A stretch of DNA of 64,000 nt. Origin: Geosiphon pyriformis uo1. Lineage: Eukaryota; Fungi; Glomeromycota. Below, one piece after another: positions 50,695 to 61,796 of this stretch. The notes beneath the pieces were generated by a model. That model searched no databases. It was not told the origin of the DNA and worked only from the letters and a program-made list of their open reading frames with translations. Location: contig JAAOMT010000708.1 of the NCBI GenBank assembly GCA_016748015.1, positions 310,001-374,000 on the forward strand, written 5' to 3'. The first letter of the stretch is position 1. Each line of letters starts with the position of its first letter. Made by a program: the position numbers and the translations under genes.

Positions 50695-51530
50695 AAAGGA
50701 GGAGATAATATTACTCATAGAAAAAGAAAACAAATATAGAAAAATAGAAGACCAATAGGAGAATAGTAGTTAGCACGTGAGCACATTGCTCAGCAATGTG
50801 GAGCAATGTCAGAAATCACAGCATATCACTCAACAATGTGGAGCAATGTTAAGAAAATACAGCACATTGCTTGAGAAATTATAGCACATTGCTTGGGAAT
50901 ATGAGCAATTTTATAAAACCCAAATTATGTATATATAGTGGTAGCATTAGAAGTAAAAAAGACAGACCTCTTAGTTTAGATTTGATCTAAGCAACCTTTT
51001 ATTTACAAATATCAATAAATAATTATTTATCATCTTAATCTACTTTCTACTATCAACATGAAATGTTGATAGTAAGTGATACTTAACCACACGAGAACAA
51101 TAGCTCTTGATTACAGCTATTGATGGGATACTAACTTACAATTGCTTTTATTTATTTCTTTATTTTTTTCTTTTATTTTCTTTGTTTTGTCATTTTGTTG
51201 GTTTTACTAAACTGATTAAAAATTAAGTGCTGAGTTATTAACGTCAAGGATAGTCTGGTAAAAGACTCCAAAGGAAGGGTATAGAAATTGAGAATTTAAG
51301 GATAGCTTACTAGAAGGACATTTCTGTCAAGATTACCAGCCACCATGCTGAGAAAGAAATTTGATAGAATTGCTATTCTGGGAGGCTATGGAAAAGACAA
51401 CACTTGAATCTCTGTTCATTATACAAAGGACTCTACAAAAAATTTTCAGATATCAACACCAAAATACCAACCCAGCACCAAGTTACAGATTTGTTATTTG
51501 ACTTGAGACCCCCAATAATCATCTGTAACA

Positions 51531-52249
51531 CCAGATTAAAACTCAACTCCAATAAATGCTTCTTTGAAAAAACTGAGTTAAAGTTTTTAGGACATATAAT
51601 TGGCAAAGATGAAGTTAAACCCAATCCAGATAAGATCTGAAAAGTCAAGGATTTTCCAGCTCCAATCAACCTCAGAGAATTATGAGAATTTCTAGGATTG
51701 ACAGGCTATTATTATCAATTTGTCAAAGGTTTCTTGAACATTGCAAAACCACTCCATCATTTGTTGTCCAAATATGTACCATACTTGTGGAAGGAAGATC
51801 AACAGAAAGTATTTGACTATCTTAAGCAGTGTTTGATCACATCTCCCATTCTGATTTACTCAGATTTTACTAAATAGTTTATTGTCGCTACAAACATCTT
51901 GAAAAATGCTCTAGAAGCAGTATTATCTCAGATAGGACCAGACAATAGAGAACATCCAGTTGTCTACACCAGTCGTAGCATGAGCCCAGCAGAAAAAAAT
52001 TATAGCACAACAGATTTGGAATGCCTCACCATTTATTGGGCCATACAGACTTGAAAACATTACCTTAGTCAACCATTTGACTTATATACTGATCATAAAG
52101 GACTTATTTGGTTACTCAATAATCCACAATTAAAAGGAAAATATGTGAGATGGAGTACTTATCTGTAACAATTTCCACTCAAAGTCTATTACAAGAAAGA
52201 ATCCAAGAACACCAATGCCAACAGTTTGTCGAGGATGTCACAAACCTAA
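51531..52249 (+). pseudogene. Element A RT C-terminus and RNase H
   Basis: LKLNSNKCFFEKTELKFLGH..., ends NANSLSRMSQT*. Confidence 0.88.
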
Positions 52250-52259
52250 TTTCAAACCC

Positions 52260-53627
52260 ATGAACACACTCACTTATCAATGACTACATTAGTACTTATT
52301 GACACTACGTTTCAAGGAGATACTATCTTAACAAAAATAAAGTATCATATGAAAACAAGCCCAAAATTATTTTATTCAAGACAACCAACTATATCAATGA
52401 GAACGTTGAAACTGCTCCACCTCACAATGAGTTATAAAGAACAGTGAAAAGAAAACTATATTACATAATATGCATTTTGATCTAACCACAAAACACTTTA
52501 ACAAGGATGCTACCCTCAAAAGAACACTAAATTTATATTATTGGCCAACAATATACAAAAACATTTTCGAATACATGCTCAATTGTAACACATGTTAGTG
52601 AAAAGGAGGAGCAAGATCAAGAGAACCACTTCAACCCAATCCAGTTGGAAATTCATTTGATAGAATTGGGATCAATTTGGTTGGACCTCTCTCAATTACA
52701 TCCCAAAGAAATCACTATATTACTGTAGCTGTAGACTATCTTACAAAATGGCCAGAAGCCAGAGCAATCCAAGTGGCCAATGCCAAAACAGTAGCCAAAT
52801 TTGTGCATCAAGACTTAATTTGCCAACATGGATGCCTGAAAGAATTATTATCTGATTAGGGAACACATTTTGTTAATAATATGCTAACTGAACTAAGCTA
52901 ATAGTTTGGAATAAAACAACCCTTATTGTCACCATACCACCCACAAATGAACAGACTGGTAGAACAATTTAACTGAACACTGTGTGAAGCACTAGCAAAA
53001 ATAAGTCATAAAAACAAACAAGAATGGAACTTATTCATACCTTCTGTACTCTTTGCATACCAAACATTGAAACAAAATACAACTCAGTTCACATCCTTCA
53101 AACTAGTCTATGGAAGAAAAGCTACATTATTGATTGAACAAGTGATACTATCATACCCAACAAAAACAATCAATGAAAAAAATTTTGAAGCTACCTTATC
53201 CTGAAGAACGTACCAGCTAATGAAAACGTTGAAAGGCAATCAAAAAACAGCAGCTGACAATATTAGTCACACTCAAGAATGACAAAAAGAAAGACATAAT
53301 AACTGTCTACCAGAACAACCAATGGAATTCAAGATTGGAGACCAGATACTGTTACATCATACAAAAGTGGAGAAACAGTGGAGTAGAAAGTTTGACCCAA
53401 AGTGGGACAGTCTATTCCACATATACAAAGCATTAGGAAATGGAGCTTACAAATTACAATTGGAAAACAGGATTTTAAAGAAAATAGCACATGGAAATTG
53501 GTTAAAAATTTATCATGCAAAACAAGAATTATCGTCATCAGTACTTCAACTAGGAACACAAATTTCATTAATCAGACTAGAAGATATATCACAAGATCTG
53601 GAACCAATTATTGTCATCAAAACATAG
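52260..53627 (+). pseudogene. Element A stand-alone integrase
   Basis: ATG at 52260, VDYLTKWPEA, ORF 53322 SH3-like C-terminus. Confidence 0.85.
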
Positions 53628-53707
53628 ACAACATACAGCAAATTAAAGTGGGGAATTTAAATATATATAGCATCCAAAAAGCAGCAAGAAACAATAGAAA
53701 TTTCAAC

Positions 53708-54445
53708 ATAGATCTTTTAGATCAAATTTTAAAATTATCTAAACAATTATTTGAAACAATTCAAAAATTGACATCTCAAATAGAAATTATAATTGATAGA
53801 AAAAAAATAAGATATAGAGATAAGGAGAAAAAAGGGATGGGCAAAAGTTCAACTAGAATTAACCATTCCCATTCCTACACCCTGCCCAAAAAAAGAATTT
53901 TACAAAAAAGAATTAATTTGTCTCGGGCGGGACTTGAAGAAAGTGTGGAGGAATGAGAATTATTTTATAAAAGAAGATACTTGGTCCCCAAGCTAGAAGA
54001 AATAAAAGAAGTTTTAGCTTGTGGGACCAAACTCCCCAAAACAGGGGAGTGGACACCTGACAATGCCCAGGAATAGAAAAAAAGACTTCCTCCAGCATAT
54101 TAGTTCTACAAAATTGGTGAACAACTAAATTTGAAAACACTATATGGAAACCTCAGCCAGAAAACTTTCAACAAAGAAGCAATGCAACAAGTAGAAAAAT
54201 TTGTAGGAAGAAGCAACCTGACCCTATACTACAAAGCAGCATACTGATTATATGCTGCTTTCCAACATTGTCCAAATGTATTGTTGTATGGATCTATAAA
54301 AATGATAACAGTTAACAACATAGAACAAATTACTAATCGACAGTTTGAAGACTTACAAAAAACAATACTTGATGCAACCATTGAATATTACATAAACAAA
54401 GACATAGAAACAGATACATACAATTTCATAGGAGCTTAATACTAA
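53708..54445 (+). pseudogene. Element A ORF3
   Basis: (M)DLLDQILKLSKQLF...FYKIGEQL...KAAY(R)LYAAF..., ending at the PPT. Confidence 0.6.
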
Positions 54446-54459
54446 AAGAAGAGGGATAA

Positions 54460-55524
54460 TATTACCTGAGTAGAAAAACCGATCTGAAGTTAAAAAAAAC
54501 ATGACCAGAATGTGACATAATACAGAATAGCATACAATAATGTTGGATAATGCATTATAACTTAGGATAACACAGGATAATGCATTATAATATAGAATAA
54601 CACAGAATAACATGTAATAACACCAGATAATGTGTTATAATAGAGGACAACACAAAATAACATGTAATAACACCAGTGTTATAACATAGGATAACTGGGA
54701 ATAATGTAGAAAAACAAAGTAATAACAGAAATAAAAAAAGCAATAGTTAGCAATAACAAAACAATCAGAAGCAATCCTGTAAAACCAAAAGAATGTATAA
54801 AAGTAAGTAGTTGTAGAAGAAAAAAAACAGACAGATAGATATGAACTACTAGACAAGAAACAAATATCCATCACTCCTCCTCATTTATTATATTTTCATA
54901 TTCATCTTCTAAAATAAATCAATTATTAAAAAAATCAGAATCACGAATTCATGTTTTCAAACTGGGTGAGATTTATGTGAATTAACTATTGTTTCATATT
55001 TTTGTTTTAGGACAAATGCTCTTAATATAACCATCTTGGACTATTAATAATTTGGATTAATTGCTCTTGATCATGATGATTGATGATACTAATTTATCTT
55101 TTTCTTTTTTTTCTTTTTCTTTCTTTCTTATTTTCTTTTGTGGAGTGACAACATAGTAAAATTGGCTGTTTGGAAATAGACTTTGTGATAGCTTGGTAAA
55201 AGAGGAAAGCTCCTTCTAGGTTTTGGATATTAACGTTATTTTGTTAGCTTACCAGAAAGGCAAAAAAACACCACCAGACCCTAATAACTGTGCTTGTTAG
55301 CTTGGAGAAGAAAGCTCACATTTACAGAAGATATTGCAATCAACAAAAAATGAACTCTGTGTCTTATAATCAAAAAACTTAACAGGTAAATTCACATCCA
55401 AAAATAGATCTTCAAAGACTGATAATTGAGACTAAGCTAACAGAATTATGTGGAAGATACATTACCAATAATTGAGAGCACTAAATGCTACCATTTCTAT
55501 TACTCACCAAATTTACTTGTAATA
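54460..55524 (+). repeat. 3' LTR of element A
   Basis: Direct repeat of 7126-9053 minus F, preceded by PPT AAAAGAAGAGGG. Confidence 0.9.
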
Positions 55525-55920
55525 ATGTATATAGCTCAAAATACTACTCAACAATTTTACTGATATCTTTGCCAATAAAAATAAATTTGGCAAAACTAAT
55601 ATTATTTAGCATTAAATCAAAACTGAAGATATAATGCCAATCAAACAAAAAATATACAAAGTACTACCTGCCAGTCATAAAATTATTTAACAAGAAATCA
55701 ATTAAATGTTAGACAATGGGTTAATTCAATTATCAATGAGTTCATAATTATTACCAGTAGTATTTATTCAGAAAAAGAATAAAAAAATCTGTTTTTGTGT
55801 AAATTACAGAAAACTTAACAGTATTACTTGTAAAAACAACTATTCAACTTCATAGATTCAGAAATTATTCAATGTTTTTAAAGAGAAAAAATAGTTTTTA
55901 ATATTAAACTTAGATAATGA

Positions 55921-56857
55921 TATTACTTATAGAATATAGGAATTAAATATTAGTACATAAATTAGCTAATCAGAATAAATATAGTAAAAGTGGAATTCCA
56001 AGATTCCTCTTAGAGGAATTGCAGGATTCCAGAAATTTCAGGATTCTTGTATGAGAAATTGCAGGATTCCAGAATTCTAGAATTTCTCTTAAAAGAATTG
56101 CAAAATTCCAGAATTCTAGAATTCCTCTTAAAGGAATTGCAAAATTCCAGAAATTCCAGGATTCCTGGTATAAAAAATTGAAAAATTGAGGAATTTTAAT
56201 TATGTATATATAGCAGTAATATCAGAAGCTAGAAAATTAGTCAAGTAGACTCCCAAAGTCAATTAGATTCAAAATTAAGAAGACTGAGAGTCAGTAGAAC
56301 TTTTAGAGTCAATTAAACTCACAGGTCATAATTATTAAATACTCTTCTTTCAAAAAATAAAATACTATAACTTGAAGTAAAATTACTCCCATATTAATAA
56401 AATTATCCATTATCCTTAAATCCATGTTATTATCCACTACTTAACCTGCTGGCACAATAGCTCTTGATCATGGCTATTAACAGGACACTATTTCTTATTT
56501 TATTTTTTTTATTTTATTTTATTTTATTTTTTTTTGTTGTTTACTAAATTAATTAAAAGAGAAAAAGCACTAAATTATTGACGTCAAGGATTGTTTGGTA
56601 AAAAACCCCTGCAAATGGGTAGAGTATGTAAAGGAATTACAGATTACTTATCAGAGAAGTACTGGTCATCAAGCTGAAAAAAGAAATTGACAGAATTACA
56701 ATTCTGGAAAGCTATGGATAAACAACTATTGAATCTCTGTCTATTATACAAAAGACTCAACCAAAATCTTCAGAAACCAACACCCATCATTTATCAATTG
56801 AGCACCAAGTTATGGATTTGTTATTTAATTTGAGACCCCAAATAATCACCTGTAATA
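55921..56857 (+). repeat. Solo LTR H (B-related) inserted in E's RT LDLDSGY motif
   Basis: TATTAC...TGTAATA termini and the same GGAATT array as B. Flanks ATGA/GTGG. RT resumes at 56858. Confidence 0.88.
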
Positions 56858-58887
56858 GTGGTTACTAACAAGTAGCTATAAATTCAGCAGACAAAAAAAA
56901 AACAGTATTTATTACCAGAAAAAGAAATTTCGAATTTGATGTTATGCTATTTAGTTTAATCAATGCTTTAGCTACCTTCTAATAGCTTATGGAAATTATC
57001 TATACTGAATTATTATAAAAATCAGTAATAATCTACTTAAATAACACTAATATGTTCTTTAAGACATTTAACAATTATTTCCATTATTTCTAACAAGTAT
57101 TTGAAAGATTAAGAAGAGCTAGACTAAAATTGAATGTTATTAAATGCTTTTTTAAAAAAACTAAACTCAAGTTTTTGGAATATGTTGTAAGCAAAAATAA
57201 CATAAAAACAGATCCAAACAAGATTGAAATAATCAAAAACTTTTAGTATTAACAAATCTTACAGAATTAAGAGCATTTTTGAAATTTACTAAATACTATT
57301 ATTATTTTATCCAAAATTTCTCCAAACTGGCTCAACTATTTTACCAGTTTTAAGCAAAAAATATTAAATATAAATAGACTAAAACTCAGCAAAAAGCTTT
57401 TAACATCTTGAAAAAAAAGCTTATTTAAGCTTTAGTATTGATTTATTTGGATTACAATAAGTCATTTATCATTACTACTAATACATTTAACCAAGTATTG
57501 GGAGCTATATTGTCACAAAAAAGAGCCAACAAATAAAAACATTTAATGGCATATGCCAACCAAAATTTAAGTCCAGCTGAAAAGAATTATAGAATTTCAG
57601 CATTAGAACATTTAGCTATCTATTGGATTGTCATTAAATAAAAAAAATACTTAAACCAAAAATTTGATGTATATATAGATTACAAAGAATTGACATCAAT
57701 TCAGAAATAAAAATTTGGAAACAATTATTATACAAAATAAAAAATAAAATTATTATAAAAAAGGAAAAAAAAATAGAAATACTAATGATTTATTACAAAT
57801 AAAACAAATCTAAAAACATTTCAACTTAAAAATATAACAAAAAATAAACACACAAAAATATCAACAACTCTAATATTATATCAATACTCAATAGTTTAAG
57901 AAGAAATTATCTTAAAAAAAAACAAAACAACATAAAACAACAATTAAAATATTTTATCACTTATCAAAATATATTATATTAAAAAAACAGAAAAAATTCA
58001 GACTAACTACTTAGAGTAATCACAAAACCAGAGAAAAAAACTGTTCAATATACACTTAAATTTAACAGCAAGACATTTTCATAAAAAAACAACTATGAAA
58101 AGAATCAAAAAAAAATACTACTGGCCATTTATATATCCAGATATTATCTAATATATTTAAAATTGTAATGTTTATTAGAAAAAAAGAGAAACAAAATCCA
58201 GTAAACTACTAAAACCAATTAAAGTAGAACAACTATTTAATTGAATTAGAATTAACTTAGTTGGATTATTAACAATAATCAGGAAAGAGAATCAATTTAT
58301 AACAGTAATCATAAACTATCTTACAAAATAGCCAGAAGCAAAAACAATTCAAAGAACAGACACAGAATTTGTAGCCAAATTTATATACCAAAATTTGATT
58401 TGTTAATATAAATGTTCAAAAAAATTGTTATTAGACCAAAAAACTCACTTTGTGAATAAAACATTAATAAAATTAAGTCAAAGATTTAGAATTAAAAGAC
58501 CATTATTATTACTATATTATTCACAAACCAATGACTTAATTGAAAAGTTTGACAGAATATTGTATAAAGTAATAACCAAAATCAGTTAAGAAAACTAAGA
58601 TAAATAAGATTTGTTTATATTATCAATATTATTTGCTTATTAAACAATGAAACAAGATACTACATAAGCAATATCATTTGAATTAGTTTATGATAAAACA
58701 GCCATAATACCAGTTGAGATAGATATCAATACATATCTAACTAAACTAATAACAGAAACTAATTTCCAAGAAACATTGCTAAAAAGAATATATAACTTAA
58801 TAGAAACTTTAAAAAATAAAAAATAAAAAGCAGTTGATAATATACAAAAGTTACAAGCAAAACAAAAAACAACAACATAATAATCAG

Positions 58888-59825
58888 TGTTATCAGTAAA
58901 ATTTTAGCTATTAATTAGGTTGAAATTATCCTCATAATTCCTATTATTAATTAGCATATATTATTATCATTTTAATTAATAGTATTTAATCAAATTAGCA
59001 ATTATTATCATTTAATCAATAATCCGATTTGTACCATAGAAATTAAGATGATCAAATTACACAATACTTTGAACCATTTAACATAATCAAAATTCGCCGA
59101 AATTAATGAAAATTGGCCGAAATAATTAATAGTTCAGTGAAATAACTTGTAGTTTGCTGAAATGTATTTTTAGTTTACTAAAATTATAGCAAAAAGAAAA
59201 GTTCAAGTTCAAAGACTAGTATTACAACAAATTGTATAAAAAAAGAGCTATTTTCTTTAAAAAAATATATCTTCTCATAGTATCTTATCATAGTATTTTA
59301 CTTTAGATATCTTAATTAGAACAAATCACCTTTTACATATCTCAAATAAAAATTAAATATTTGAAAACCAAATTCTTTAAATTATTATACTTGAAATTCC
59401 CTCAAACACAACTAACATTTTGAAATTGATTAGCTACCAATTTCAGTAATCTGTTAATAACTTCAGACTTAGATAAAGAACGTTTCTCTTGATAAAATTC
59501 TATTTTTTTTACATTTTTTTTCTTTTTTTATCATAATCATTAAGGTAGCCTACAGACAAGATTCCTGTAAAAGAGTTAACTTTTACAGCAAAGTAACTAC
59601 ACATTTTTGTAAGCTTCTAGACAAGCAATTCCTGGAAAAAAGTTAATATTTACTACTGGCATAGAATTGGCCATTCTACTTATAAGCTTAGCAGTTCAAA
59701 TTATAAGAGATAATTTGAAAATAAATTCAGTTATTGGAGGTTCAACTGCTTTCAGAAAACGTGAAATTAACAACAGACAAACATTAACAACATTCAAAAA
59801 AAGAGACCAAAAACCTTTAATAACA
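58888..59825 (+). repeat. Solo LTR I (D-family) inserted in E's integrase
   Basis: TGTTA...TAACA, homologous to 35647-36628. Flanks TCAG/CCAG. Confidence 0.9.
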
Positions 59826-61628
59826 CCAGTTATCAGATAAACCAATCGAATTTAGGATTGAAAACAAAGTATTCTTATATTATATCAAAGAAAAAAAACA
59901 ATAGAATAGAAAATTTGACTCCAAATAAAACAGACTATTTCACATTAAAAAAATTTTAAAAAATAGAGTTTATAAATTAAGATAAAACAACAAAATCTTA
60001 GCTAAAGCAACACATAAAAATTAACTAAAATCATATTACAATATAGCATTATTATTTATCAATAATACTTCATAATTAAAAATACAATAAATACTAATCC
60101 AACCAAATAAGATTTCATAAGATCTAAAACTAATCATAATCATTAACACAAACATGTCAAATTAATTTACAAAAACAGTATATAAAAAACCAATAGATAT
60201 AACAAAAGCAAACAAAAAGATAGAAATTACTGACAATATTTACTCACTTAAACAACAACTATTACAACTTATTTAACATCAAAAATTAAGTCTAAAAGTT
60301 ATCATTAACAAACAAACTATCCAATATAAAAACAAAAAAATAATTCAAAAATTCCAAAAAAAAGAACAATATCTCAGATATTATATTTCTAAAAATCCAG
60401 TAAACAAAATAATAGGAAAAGTGGAAAAAATATTGGAAATTTCAAAGATAGTAATACCAAATAAAAAAATAATACTAAAAAATTAGAACCAATAAACACA
60501 ACAAATTCCCAAAAACTTTTGTTATTATTAGTTAGAACAAAAACTGAATATTTAAAACTTATATACAGATAAGACCAAAAGAATATTTAATATAACTATA
60601 TTACAACAAATTAAACAAGTTATAAAAAAAACAATTTATTCACATATGCAAAAGCCATCTACTAACTACAAATAAGATTTTAAGACTGACCAAAAATATT
60701 ACTACATCCAATAATAAATACAGTAACTATTAATCAATTGGAAAAATTAACTAATACTTAATTCAATAAATTGCAAACCAAAATTACAAAAGCAATTCTT
60801 GAGAAAGAAGTTATAAAGCTAATTCAAGAGAGAGATTTAAGAAATTTAAGAGATTTTAACAAAGCTTCATATTAAAAAGAAAGAATAATATTATTTATAA
60901 AAATTAGAAATTATAGACAGTAAAAAAAAAATTCCAGAATTCTTAAAAAATTGCAGGATTTCAAGATTTTTTTCAAGAAATTGCAGAATACCAGAATTTT
61001 TTTTAAAAGAATTAAAAAATTTCAAAGAATCTTATATAACATAAATTATGCATATATATAAAAAGTTTTAGAAGCAGAAAAAATATATTTAATAGAGTTT
61101 AAAACAATAATACCTCTTTTTTCAAAAGATAGTTTTCTATAATTTAAAATAAAATTACATTAATATTAATAAAATATTCAATTATCATTAAATCCATATT
61201 ATTATTACTTGATTAAAAAATTATTAATCTATTTTACACTATCAACATAGAGTGTTGATAGAATCTAATACTTAATTACATTGAACCATAGCTCTTAATT
61301 ACAGTTATTGACAGGATACTAATTTTTTTTTTTTTGTTTCATTTTTTTGTTGTTTACCAATTGATTAAAAAAATCAAATACAGAGTATTTGATATTAAGA
61401 ATAGTCTGGTAAAAAACCTGAAAACAAAAGTAGAAAACTTAAAAATAGCTTATCAAAAGAGCATAATTGCCAAAAAAAAAATTCACAGAAGAAATTATCA
61501 ATTAAATCTCTGTTTATTATATAAAAGCCTCAACCAAAATCTTTAAAAATTATCATCATTTTTAGCTATTAAACATCAAGTTATAGGTTTATTATTTGTT
61601 CTAACATCTTAAATAATTATTTGTAATA

Positions 61629-61796
61629 GTGTTTTGGTATTTTTTCTATAATAATTATTCTAGTGATAGCTATATAATTTACTTAATAACCTAATTGATT
61701 CATAAACTGATTTGTAATTATGTTGTCTGTTAATCTATTGTTAAGTATTAATTTAATGTTTATTTATCTTACTTTATTATTAATATATATTATCAT
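61629..61796 (-). pseudogene. Aspartic protease relic of an older element (host of E and J)
   Basis: The reverse complement reads ..INIKLILNNRLTDNIITNQFMNQLGY*VNYIAITRII.., an eroded IKLILDSGSAGSIIT.QLMDQLG. Confidence 0.75.

Larger units (their letters stand above)
41489..51530 (+). mobile_element. Element C: uninterrupted full-length (~10.0 kb) Ty3/Gypsy element in A's RT
   Basis: LTRs 41489-42311 and 50709-51530, flanks CTGG/CCAG (ancestral CCGG), PBS TGGTGCTTCCTGTGAGG at 42314, PPT AAAAAGGAGGAGA. Confidence 0.95.
7126..55524 (+). mobile_element. Element A: Ty3/Gypsy LTR retrotransposon carrying nested F, B (D, G) and C
   Basis: LTR pair 7126-9053 and 54460-55524, PBS at 9056, PPT at ~54444-54455. 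RT reads continuously across the nested insertions (VVIYLDD|TNVFSETF...STG|LKLN). Confidence 0.9.
55525..61628 (+). mobile_element. Element E: 3' half (RT, RH, IN, ORF3, 3' LTR 60889-61628) of a decayed B/C-related element
   Basis: Colinear with 47225-51530 and strongly G>A/C>T eroded. Its 5' half is not in the window. Confidence 0.85.
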
